Below are positions 9,701 through 18,800 of a stretch of DNA of 64,000 nucleotides, piece after piece; within the stretch, counting starts at the first letter, position 1; every line of letters begins with the position of its first letter. A program made the translations under genes and the position numbers. A model generated the notes under the pieces. It did no database searches, was not told where the DNA came from, and saw only the letters and a program-made list of their open reading frames with translations. Origin of the DNA: Eubacteriales bacterium. Lineage in GTDB: Bacteria; Bacillota; Clostridia; Oscillospirales; CAG-272. The stretch spans positions 38,407 to 102,406 of the forward strand of contig JAZNHT010000023.1 in the NCBI GenBank assembly GCA_045577175.1, in the 5' to 3' direction.

Positions 9701-11183
9701 CAACATTTACGCCACGAACACCGAGCCTGTTATGTTTGACTACGACGGCAGAGATCTCGTTCTTTGGGGCGGCAACACCACCTTCGGTCAGACCTCCTTC
9801 CGCCGCTATCCGATCAATATCGCGGTATCCGATGACAATCTCCGGTCGTTCGGCGGTATTCAGGACGTCACGTCCCGCACGGCATTCCAGGGCATGAACA
9901 CCGGTACCCGTATGGACGTCACGAACCCGTTTGTCACGCAGATCGGTGACTCTATCCTCTTCTGCTTCTCCGGCGAGGGCGGATTTACCATGCGTATTGA
10001 CGACTTCGGTGACTACTTCTTCCGCACGAAGGGTGCGTATGACTCCTTTGAAAATTCTACGACGGAGTACGAGGGGTGGGCAATCGTCGGCGGCTCTGCG
10101 GAAACGAGCAGTGCCCATGCGACCGACGGCAGCAAATCCATGCTGATTATGCCCGAAACGCACGTTGTCCGTTCGATCCCTTCCCTGTCTGACGGTACCG
10201 TATCGTTTGATCTATGGATTGATGACGTTGCGCAGACCGATTTTGAGTTCGAATTTGAATCTGCGTTCGGTATCCACTACGGCGATGCCGCGCCTGCCGC
10301 TTTCCGTCTGACAGGCAACAGCCTCACATGGAACGGCTCGGATACGGCAGTAACCGTCGACCTCAAAAACGGTTGGAACACATTCGTATTCAATATCGAT
10401 CTGGCGAGCGAAAAGCAGTCCCTCACGCTGTCCGTCAACGGCGGCAAGGCAACAAAAGCTCCGATCAATCATGGCGAGCTTCACAACTATATCTGTTATG
10501 TAAGTTTCAATCTCGACGGAAAGCAAGCATACTATCTTGACTCGTTCCTCGTGACCGACAACGATCCCATCATCTACACGGAGAGAGTCACTGAGGCTAC
10601 GCTCGGTGAGCTGACCGATGTCTCCAAGCTGTTGCTGGAGGAGTACAAGACGCTCGACAGAGCCGTTGCAGCACTTAAACTTGAAATGTCAAACGCTATG
10701 GGCAAGTCGTTCAAGGAGGAAAACACCGCTGTCTACAATCTTACCCTCAACTACTCGCTGGATGACGGTCAGACGTGGACACCGGCCAATCTTGTGGATA
10801 TTCCGATCGAAGGTATTACCGTCCGCATCGATTATCCGGCAGGCACCTCCGCTTCGACGCATGAGTTCAAGCTGCTTCAGCTGTTTGACGAAAGATCGTA
10901 CCGTCACGAATACCAGCCGGGTGATTTGCAATTCGCTCTGCTGAAGGAAGGCGAAGACGGTCTGTACGTCCGCGTGTCCGGCTCCTGCCCCGTCATGCTT
11001 GCGTGGGAGGAGGTCGCCGAGCCGATACCGGATACCCCCGACACACCTGTAGATCCCGATACTCCCGATAATACCGGCGAAATGTCTTCGATGCTTGTCA
11101 TCGGTATCGGTGCGGCTGTTGTGGCGGCAGCATCAATCCTTACCGCAATCATTATTAAAAAATCCAAAAAGAAATCCGCATAA
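6759..11183 (+). CDS. Giant secreted surface protein, paralog 3
   Basis: AAGGAG (6746-6751) lies 7 nt before ATG 6759. Signal peptide MNVQKKILSFMLAVIMLFGMISPLGVRTARA. Colinear with paralog 2 over its whole length. Asp-box motifs SFNEGRSF (degenerate), SDNLGGIW, TTDCGKTW, SYDHGLTW. ASSDGEDGPGVDYV; TKGAYDSFE. Ends MLVIGIGAAVVAAASILTAIIIKKSKKKSA. Confidence 0.9.
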   Translation: MNVQKKILSFMLAVIMLFGMISPLGVRTARAAEIVAGENILNAAYSDQEIAINGVAEQGWSFSTPVSENALIGALWDIDNLYLMIRNPDKERLTVTVNGVKLTADNAEIKSATNKAQSEYKVSFETLGVTFNDFGKKIDASIQVGSTVWEGKIVLTSTKWLAADTPTRRITVSSSGSARNAIVDANALPTNYQGVKKTTLGFNFFDLYNPVGNNPRSVSSTVSLSGNDFAGISDSNANVALEFTFTPNQMPVYDLGMDADFSGATPSCGLNVSLNRQGHLGSLRMGIMNTNAGLVFIARSAERDYTCLLNREVGDTVRIGIIWTTDNTLMLSVDGMQIAVFKNVAYTARYGTLKASESSSLSFSCFRSIDKAESTADNFDMDVTSIAIGVNSGDSILDSLTFESLRKRNSDPNNIFSDLFLAKKHGTDPFPGTLDVTWKSSDPSVIDPATGKVTIPEGAGKSVTMTATMPALGVSKSFDLFVPGTAKTEDILIKTSDRVTMDGKGVAPEEPFFTLDKSNSSIIRDLKEVKTVNVIVLKDGDEVTRLNESMLTIWTSDDNEKYTQAENFKILRAGQYTYLYDFEATGRYIKVHATVWLAADADFTGPVDGMIDAYYADVFGDNGVPFATKSTLTIGNSADTTAYDTVHAISPADAGVNCVTADMSDVRFYLGAELLYHYFDGTNFLVRIPKIKANSEVTLTICSGNASAMDISNKEYVYEVVYGTREVYLEHGEYMDTPSGMMYAFIDGGNGSGPFYFRRSFNEGRSFWTQESATGSSDVVSAARGALYDPENGRIVVTGSTKPYTDGVDSSFYQVTGFVYSDNLGGIWRQATLTVEGDPFPLFNSYGQPVKLASSDGEDGPGVDYVVAFGGYDFVGNGYDPEKFLDIPEEELHKIPCVNRVAYTTDCGKTWVIGPSVIRDTDSVAISNSIREVGITESCVWEAEDGTLMMISRNQYPEEYHFAVAYSYDHGLTWQEEAGDSNIYATNTEPVMFDYDGRDLVLWGGNTTFGQTSFRRYPINIAVSDDNLRSFGGIQDVTSRTAFQGMNTGTRMDVTNPFVTQIGDSILFCFSGEGGFTMRIDDFGDYFFRTKGAYDSFENSTTEYEGWAIVGGSAETSSAHATDGSKSMLIMPETHVVRSIPSLSDGTVSFDLWIDDVAQTDFEFEFESAFGIHYGDAAPAAFRLTGNSLTWNGSDTAVTVDLKNGWNTFVFNIDLASEKQSLTLSVNGGKATKAPINHGELHNYICYVSFNLDGKQAYYLDSFLVTDNDPIIYTERVTEATLGELTDVSKLLLEEYKTLDRAVAALKLEMSNAMGKSFKEENTAVYNLTLNYSLDDGQTWTPANLVDIPIEGITVRIDYPAGTSASTHEFKLLQLFDERSYRHEYQPGDLQFALLKEGEDGLYVRVSGSCPVMLAWEEVAEPIPDTPDTPVDPDTPDNTGEMSSMLVIGIGAAVVAAASILTAIIIKKSKKKSA

Positions 11184-11186
11184 CCC

Positions 11187-11228
11187 GAATCGGTCGGCAA
11201 AAAATTGCCGACCGATTCCTGCTTTTTA
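11187..11228 (+). terminator. Rho-independent terminator of paralog 3
   Basis: GAATCGGTCGGCAA / AAAA / TTGCCGACCGATTC forms a perfect 14-bp stem (11187-11218), followed by CTGCTTTTTA. Confidence 0.85.
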
Positions 11229-11249
11229 TCAAAATACGGCAAATTACTA

Positions 11250-11278
11250 TTGCATTTCCTTGCTGAATTTGCTATAAT
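11250..11278 (+). promoter_or_regulatory. Sigma-A-type promoter of paralog 4 (extended -10)
   Basis: TTGCAT (11250-11255), 17-nt spacer, TGcTATAAT (-10 at 11273-11278). Confidence 0.55.
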
Positions 11279-11319
11279 TGACATAGTAGCACCTAAATTT
11301 TCAAATAGAGGATACATTT

Positions 11320-14300
11320 ATGATTGTCAAAATGAAAAAGATTCTGTCTCTCTTTTTGGCGTCGCTCATTCTGTTCGGTCTGATTCCGCCGATCGAAACA
11401 GCCGCAGACACACCCACACTTCTGAGCGCGCAAGCAGGAAACTATCTCTACGCATCCTTTGTCCAGCAGGATATGCTGACAAACGGTATCGCCAGCGAAT
11501 ACGGCTGGCAAATCTCCGTCCCTGTTTCCGCAAACGCAAAAATCGGTGCGCTTTGGGATGTATCAACGCTCTATATCGCCGTCGATAATCCCGACTGTGA
11601 GTCCGTTTCCGTTTCGCTGAACGGCACGGCTATCACGTCGGCAAATGCGTCCGTTGCTACCAATGCGTATAACGACTGCACAGAGTATGCCGTTTCGTTT
11701 GAGACGCTCGACATGGAAATCTTCAACTACGGAGAAACGGTCTCTGCATCTGTTACGGTCGGCAGCGATACGTGGAACGGCGTAATCGTGCTCTCCAGCA
11801 CCGAATGGTTCGCCACGCAGGGCATCAACCTCCCGGACGCCTCCCGCGGACGCAGCCGCCTTGCTCTCGTTGAGAAGGAAGGCCTTCCGACTTCGAACCA
11901 AAATGTCGTCACCGTCCCGAACGGCCTCCACTTCTACGATCGGTATGACGAAGGCGGAAACAATCCCCGTCAGGTGCGCTCGCAGGCTCTATATACGTTT
12001 GATGAGTTTTCGGACAGAAGCAGAAGCAACATCGTGGAGTTCACATTCCACGCGGACGCGATGCCCGTCTACGAGCTCGGCTATGACAACGAATTCTATT
12101 CCTACATGCCCACCGCCGGCTTCGGCTACTGGATGACGGACGGCGATACGGAGGGCAAAAACCCCTATATGGCTACGATGGGTATCATCAACACGGATGT
12201 CGGTCTTGTATTCGTCGCGCACAACGATGCACAGGACTTCACCTATGTGCTGAACAAGTACGTCGGCGACACGTTCCGCGTCACGACGATGTGGAATCCC
12301 GATGACAGTGTCACCGTTCTGATTGACGGCGCGGAAATCGGCACGTTCCTTGACATGAGCTACAAGCCGTACTTCCAGACTGTCGGCAAAAACACACTCT
12401 TTATCTACATCCAGCGCTCTGTATTTGCCGCAGAGAGTGCCGCTGACAACTTTGAAGTATACGTTACGGATATTGCGGTCGGCAAGGGCTACGGCGACTG
12501 CATCACCGATACGCTGACCTTTGACACGATCAAAAAAGAGAACGCCGACGAAAAAGCGATCGTTTCTGATCTTTTCCTTCCGGCATCGATCTCCACACCG
12601 CATTTTGTCACGGCGGCAAACATCGTCTGGGAATCCTCTGACACCTCTGTAATCAACCCTGTAACAGGTGAGGTGAATCGTCCCATCGGAAACGGTCAGG
12701 CAATCACGCTGACTGCCAACATTGCGGAATACGGCATCACCAAAGACTTCAATCTGTTCGTCAAGGGACTGAATCCCTCCTCCGATATTCTCGTGAAAAC
12801 GAAAGACACCGGCACCACAAAGGGCGCGGGAGTCGTTTTCGAAGGCGATACCTTCACGCTGGACACGACCAACAACAGTCTGATCCGCGATCTCGGCGAG
12901 ACGAAAACCGTAAACGTAATCGTTTTGAAGGACGGCGACGACATCACCCGTCTGAACGAAAGCATGGTCTCCATCTGGGTAAGCGACAACAATGCAACGT
13001 ACCGCCCGGTCGATTCGTTCAAGATTCTCCGTGACGGTCAGTACACCTACCTGTACGATTTCAACGTGGCAGGACGCTACATAAAGGTCCACTCCACCAC
13101 GCATGACGAAACCGCACCCGACTTCACCGGTCCGATTGACGGCATGATGGAGGTTTACTGCCATAACGTATTCGGTGACGGCGGTCAGAATTTCTCGACT
13201 GTCAGCACCGTAACGCTCGCAAACAGCGGCGAGAACGCGATCTATGACCGTGTGTACGCCTTCACGGCAGCCGAGGCAGGCATCCAGTCCGTGACCGCAG
13301 ATATGGCGGACGTTCGCTTCTATCTCAGCGACGAGCTGCTCTATCACTACTACGACGGCGAGCTGTTCTACGTCCGCGTATCCAAAATCCCGGCAAACAG
13401 CTCTGTCACGCTGACGATTCTCTCCGGCAACTCCGCCGCGCTGAACATTTCCGATAAGGAATACGTGTACGAGGTCGTATACGGCACGCGCGAAACGTTC
13501 AAGGGCAGCTGGCGCTGGCTCACGGAAATGGCGGACGGCGGCTACGCCTCCTTCTTCGCGCAGGCTGTCAGCGACAAGGACGTATATTTCCAGATGACCT
13601 ATGACGACGGCAGAACGTGGTCGGATGCCGTAATCGCCAACGGCACAGGCTCGCACCTTGCTGTTCCCTACGATGTTCTTTACGACGAAGAAACCGGACG
13701 GATGCTCATGTACGGCACCTACCGCGTCAATTGGGATCCGGTTGAGACCGAATACCGTGCCATGTTCTCCGAAGACAGCGGACTCAATTGGCATGTTGCT
13801 CCGATTTCGTATACAAACCCGGATCTGACAGGCGGTCTCGGAAACTATCTCGGTATGCTGAAGGTATCCTCCTACGACGGTGAGGACGGTCCGAACGTGG
13901 ACTACGTAATCGCGGTCGGCGGTCCTGATATGACGGATACGGAATATATCGGTGATTATCCGCAAAACGCCGGTACAACGCTCTACAGCGTGGACGCAGG
14001 CAAATCCTGGACGACGAGCGAATCCTGCATCCGCTACCCCAAGGGCGAGGGCGAATCGATTCGTGAAACGTCCATCTGCGAGCCGACCATCTTGGAAAAC
14101 GATGACGGCGTGCTCGTTTTCTACTCCCGCTGTCAGTGGAGAAACGTTTATCACCTGGCGGTGGCATTCTCCTACGATTTCGGTATCACCTGGACGGAGG
14201 AAGCAACGCTTTCCAACGTTTACTCGACCAACACCCAGCCGATCATGTTTGAGTTTGATAACGCAAAAATGATGGCTTGGGGTGGCAACACCGCCTGGGG

Positions 14301-15642
14301 CGCAGGCTCCTTCCGCCGCTATCCTTTGAACGTCGCCGTCTCCTATGACGGACTGATGACGTTTGAAGGTATTCAGGATCTCTACCTGAGAACTGCCTAC
14401 CAGGGCATGATTACGGGCAACCGTTTTGACACGACGAACCCGACCGCCACGCAGATGGGCGACAGCCTGTTCTGCTTCTTTGAAGGTGACGGCTCCTATA
14501 TACTTCGCGTAGACGATTTTGCCGATTACTTCTTCCGCACGAAGGGTGCATACGACTCCTTTGAAAACTCAATCCCCGAGTACGAGGGATGGGCACTCAC
14601 GGGCGGTATGCTCGAAACAGCCGACGACCGCGCCACGGACGGCACACGCTCCGCTCGCTTCAGTGTCGGTGCATCGGCAGTCCGTTCGATCCCTTCTCTC
14701 TCCAATGGTACGATCTCCTTTGATTTCTGGATCGACGATCCCGCTGCGGCTGATTTCTCCGTCGGACTCCAGTCCGCGTTCTCGCTGGATTCAAGCATTG
14801 CGGCTCCCGTCGCGTTTGATATTAAGGACGGTATGCTCACCTTCCTCGGCAGCTCTGTCGCAATCGATCCCGGTCTCAAGTCCGGTTGGAACTCGTTCAC
14901 CTTCACGCTGGCACTGGATAACCCGATACAGTCCGTCACGCTGAGCGTCAACGGCGGTGCCGCTGTGAATGTGCCGATTAATGACGGTCAGATCAACAAC
15001 TACGTCTGCTATGTGAACGTAAACTGCGACGGCGCACAGGTTTACTACATAGACTCCTTCCTCGCTGTGGACAACGACGAAGTGCTCTATATTGAGAAGG
15101 AGACTGCCGTTGTCGAAAGCGAGCTGACAGAGGTTCCTGTCGCGCTTCAGGCAACCTACGCGGATACCGAGGCACTCGCAGACACGCTCACGCAGCTGAT
15201 GGCTGACACACACGGTGTCGAATACGCGCAGAACAGCAAGGTGATGGATCTCTCCATGATCGTCTCCCTTGACGGCTCACAGACGTGGACGGATGCAAAG
15301 ATGTCCGACATCCCGCTCGGCGGCATTGAGATCCGTATCGACTATCCCGAAGGCACGTCGGCCGAGACGCACGATTTCAAGCTGATCCACATGTTCTCTG
15401 CGGACTCTCAGCGTCACAGCGTTACGGCAGGTGAGTGGGAATCTCCCATTATCACCGAGAAAGAGGACGGTCTGTATGTAACGGTGCTCGGCTTCTCCCC
15501 CTTCATCCTCTCCTGGAGCGATGGCACGGAGGCGCCGGCTGACACGGCATCCGTCACCCCGATTTACTGGATCGGTGCGTCTGTGATCGCAATCGCTATG
15601 GTGACCACTGTTGTAATCGTAAGAAAAAGAAGAAAAGCATAA
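11320..15642 (+). CDS. Giant secreted surface protein, paralog 4
   Basis: AGAGGA lies 7 nt before ATG 11320; an alternative Met is at 11332. Signal peptide MKKILSLFLASLILFGLIPPIETAA. Asp boxes TYDDGRTW, SEDSGLNW, SVDAGKSW, SYDFGITW. SSYDGEDGPNVDYV; TKGAYDSFE. Ends TPIYWIGASVIAIAMVTTVVIVRKRRKA. Confidence 0.9.
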   Translation: MIVKMKKILSLFLASLILFGLIPPIETAADTPTLLSAQAGNYLYASFVQQDMLTNGIASEYGWQISVPVSANAKIGALWDVSTLYIAVDNPDCESVSVSLNGTAITSANASVATNAYNDCTEYAVSFETLDMEIFNYGETVSASVTVGSDTWNGVIVLSSTEWFATQGINLPDASRGRSRLALVEKEGLPTSNQNVVTVPNGLHFYDRYDEGGNNPRQVRSQALYTFDEFSDRSRSNIVEFTFHADAMPVYELGYDNEFYSYMPTAGFGYWMTDGDTEGKNPYMATMGIINTDVGLVFVAHNDAQDFTYVLNKYVGDTFRVTTMWNPDDSVTVLIDGAEIGTFLDMSYKPYFQTVGKNTLFIYIQRSVFAAESAADNFEVYVTDIAVGKGYGDCITDTLTFDTIKKENADEKAIVSDLFLPASISTPHFVTAANIVWESSDTSVINPVTGEVNRPIGNGQAITLTANIAEYGITKDFNLFVKGLNPSSDILVKTKDTGTTKGAGVVFEGDTFTLDTTNNSLIRDLGETKTVNVIVLKDGDDITRLNESMVSIWVSDNNATYRPVDSFKILRDGQYTYLYDFNVAGRYIKVHSTTHDETAPDFTGPIDGMMEVYCHNVFGDGGQNFSTVSTVTLANSGENAIYDRVYAFTAAEAGIQSVTADMADVRFYLSDELLYHYYDGELFYVRVSKIPANSSVTLTILSGNSAALNISDKEYVYEVVYGTRETFKGSWRWLTEMADGGYASFFAQAVSDKDVYFQMTYDDGRTWSDAVIANGTGSHLAVPYDVLYDEETGRMLMYGTYRVNWDPVETEYRAMFSEDSGLNWHVAPISYTNPDLTGGLGNYLGMLKVSSYDGEDGPNVDYVIAVGGPDMTDTEYIGDYPQNAGTTLYSVDAGKSWTTSESCIRYPKGEGESIRETSICEPTILENDDGVLVFYSRCQWRNVYHLAVAFSYDFGITWTEEATLSNVYSTNTQPIMFEFDNAKMMAWGGNTAWGAGSFRRYPLNVAVSYDGLMTFEGIQDLYLRTAYQGMITGNRFDTTNPTATQMGDSLFCFFEGDGSYILRVDDFADYFFRTKGAYDSFENSIPEYEGWALTGGMLETADDRATDGTRSARFSVGASAVRSIPSLSNGTISFDFWIDDPAAADFSVGLQSAFSLDSSIAAPVAFDIKDGMLTFLGSSVAIDPGLKSGWNSFTFTLALDNPIQSVTLSVNGGAAVNVPINDGQINNYVCYVNVNCDGAQVYYIDSFLAVDNDEVLYIEKETAVVESELTEVPVALQATYADTEALADTLTQLMADTHGVEYAQNSKVMDLSMIVSLDGSQTWTDAKMSDIPLGGIEIRIDYPEGTSAETHDFKLIHMFSADSQRHSVTAGEWESPIITEKEDGLYVTVLGFSPFILSWSDGTEAPADTASVTPIYWIGASVIAIAMVTTVVIVRKRRKA

Positions 15643-15647
15643 CCCCC

Positions 15648-15680
15648 ATCGGTCGGCAGACATCTGCCGACCGATTTTGT
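15648..15680 (+). terminator. Rho-independent terminator of paralog 4
   Basis: ATCGGTCGGCAG (15648-15659) / ACAT / CTGCCGACCGAT (15664-15675) forms a perfect 12-bp stem, followed by TTTTGTT. Confidence 0.85.
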
Positions 15681-15742
15681 TCATTGGGTGACAAATCAGG
15701 TCAATTCTGTGACAAAATAAACGGAACGATTTGCAAAAACTA

Positions 15743-15771
15743 TTGATTTTTTGCAAAATCTTTGCTATAAT
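15743..15771 (+). promoter_or_regulatory. Sigma-A-type promoter of paralog 5 (extended -10)
   Basis: TTGATT (15743-15748), 17-nt spacer, TGcTATAAT (-10 at 15766-15771). This places the ORF-track start at 15751 inside the promoter and supports ATG 15820 as the true start. Confidence 0.55.
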
Positions 15772-15819
15772 GGACAAAGCGGTCTCCCCGCACATTTCAA
15801 GGAAATCGAGGAACACTCC

Positions 15820-18800
15820 ATGGCATCCATCTTCCGAAAAATTCTTGCCTTCTCGCTGGTATGCGTCATGCTGTTTGGCATGATTCCCGCATTCCCGACC
15901 AAGGCAGAATCCTCTGCCGCTTCCGAAAACGCGGTAAGCAACGTCATCCGCGCGTCCTATGCGGCGGATGAAATCAAACTGAACGGAAACCCGAATGAAG
16001 CCAGTTGGAATCTCCACCTGACGCTTGCGGAAAACGCGCGTGTCGGTGCGCAGTGGGATTACCAAACGCTGTACATCGGTGTAAAAAATCCCGAAAAAAA
16101 GGAGATCACCGTTTCCGTAAACGGCACGGTTCTCTCCTCCGCAAACGCTCAAATCAAGAACTCCTCCAACAAGAAAAACACGGAATACTCCGTATCTCTC
16201 CAAACGATCGGAATTACCGCGAATGATTACGGAGTCGAAATCCCCGTTATCATGCAGATCGGTACGGAAATGTGGGAGGGTACGATCCTCCTCACGAGCA
16301 CAAGCTGGGTCACGCTTCCGAAAGCATCCCGCGGCTTCGATTCTCTCGCAATCACGGATATAAACCGCGCTCCGACATCCGCGCAGGGTGTGAAGGAGGA
16401 TGACGGTCTGTTCTTCTACGACAGATACAACAAAAACGGCAACAATCCGCGCGGAATCCGCACCGTCGCCTCGTATACCGATACCAAGGAGTTCGGTGCC
16501 GCACTTACGGACATGAGCCGCACGACGGTCATTGAGTTTGACTTCCACGCAGACAAAATGCCCGTATATGAGCTGGGTGTAACGGATAACACGTTCTATT
16601 CCTACATCCCGAACGCAGGCTTTGCGGCATGGGTCACGGGCAAGACAGAGTCCGACAACAAGCCGCTGATGGTCTCCTTCGGTATCATCAACACGGAGGC
16701 CGGTCTTGTTTTCGTTGTACACGATGATGTAAAGGATTATACATACGTTTTGGATAAGCAGGTCGGCGATACCTTCCGTATCGGTCTTGCATGGACGCCG
16801 GACGGTGATCTTGCATTTTCGCTCGACGGCACGACTGTAGCCGTTTATGAGAGCGTTTCATTCAAGCCGGTGTGGTGGGAGCTTGCCGAGGGTACTTTGA
16901 CCTTGAACTGCATCCGCGCCCTCAAGGCTGCCGAAAGCGATGCTGACACCATCGAATTTGATATTACGAATCTGAAGGTCGGAAAATCGAACGGCGATTC
17001 CGTCATTGATCAGATTACCTTTGAGAAAATTGCAGGCAAAAACACCTCTGCCAATGCAGTCACGACTGACCTTTCCTTGAGCGGCATCACGATCAACGAT
17101 CCGTATCTCGACACCGTTTACCCTGTCGTGTTTGAAAGCTCCGATCCTTCCGTGATCGCAGCCGACGGTAAAGTTATGCGTCCCGCAGAAAACGGAAAAA
17201 CGGTGTCGCTGACGGCAAAAATCGAGGCACTCGGCGTCACCAAGACGATCGACGTGTATGTACAGGGCGAAAATCCCTCGGCAAGCACGCTTGTGACGCA
17301 GAACGATGTCGTCACCTACAAAATGAAGGGCATCCCGTATGATGCGCCGACGTTCACGCTGGATACGACCAACAACAGCGTTATCCGCGATCTCGGCGAG
17401 GTTAAGAAGGTGAATGTTGTTGTTCTGAAGGACAGCGATGACATCACCCGTCTGCATGAAGGTATGCTGACAATCTGGGTGAGCGATGACAACAAGGCGT
17501 ATCAGCAGACCGATTCCTTCAAACTTCTCCGTGACGGTCAGTACACCTATCTGTACGATTTTGAGGCGACCGGCCGCTACGTTAAGGTACACTGCACGAC
17601 ACATGACACGACCGATCCCGACTTCACCGCACCGCTTGACGGCATGATCGAGGCGTATTATGACGAGGTATTCGGAGACGGCGGAAACAGCTTTGCGTCC
17701 ACCACGACCGCAACGGTGACGAACACCACGGCAAACACGCTGTACGATACCGTATACGTTCTCTCCGCCTCTGATGCCGGTGTGAGCTGTGTCACGGCGG
17801 ACAAATCTGACGTTCGCTTCTTCCTCGGCGAGGAGCTTCTCTATCACTGGTATGACGGAACGGATTTCTACGTCCGCGTGACGGAGGTTCCCGCAAACAG
17901 CATGGTGCCGATCACAATCCTCTCCGGCAACGCCAACGCGAAAAATATCTCCGATAAGGAGCACATATACGAGGTCTCCTACGGCACGACGGAAACCTTT
18001 AACCGTATGTACGGTCACTGGTACATGCTTTTGCCGAACGGCACGCTCTTTAACTTCTCCGGCATCGCGGTAAACGATAAACCGTTCACCTATCAGGTGT
18101 CCCACGACGAGGGCAGAACGTGGAGTGCAGGTATCATTGCCGACGGCTCTGATGACTTTTTGTGCATCCCCTACGGCGATTATTACGATGAGGTCGCCGG
18201 TCGTATTCTCGTACAGGGAACGCGCACGATGGAGAACGGCAAGCTCTCCACGCGCGTCATGTATTCCGATGACCTGGGTAAGTCCTGGCATAAATCGGAG
18301 ATGATCCTGCCGGAGGAGGCGCAGTATTTCCAGAACTACGTAGACTTTACCAAATGCGCCTCCTACGACGGCGAGGACGGTCCCGGCGTGGACTTCGTAT
18401 TCCCTGCCGCCATTGCGGATGACTATTACAAGACGACTGCCGGCATGGACTACCCTGCGGCGCAGGTAATCGTTATCTATTCCAAGGACGGCGGTAAGAC
18501 GTGGGAAGTCAGCGAAAGCCGTATCCACTACACAAGCGGCATGGGCTTGCAGGTTCGTGAATCCGGCGTATGTGAGGCCGGCATCATTTGCGGTGACGAC
18601 GGCTCACTTGCGCTGTATGCACGCTGCCAGTTTGAGTCCGTAAACCATTTTGCCGTATCTTATTCCTACGACAACGGTCTCACCTGGACGGAGGAAATGG
18701 TTCTCTCCAACGTTTATGCAACGAACACACAGGCACTCATGTACGATTTTGAAGGCTCCAAGCTGCTCATCTGGGGCGGTCACAACGCGCTCGGCAGTGC

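Noticed and set aside
15743-15771. T6 tract (15747-15752) in the promoter spacer of paralog 5, and A6/T6 runs in the 2000-2160 gap, considered as possible slipped-strand phase-variation switches.
   Set aside because: The tracts are only 6 nt long, are not shared by all promoters, and no flanking inverted repeats for an invertase were seen. That is too little to support phase variation.
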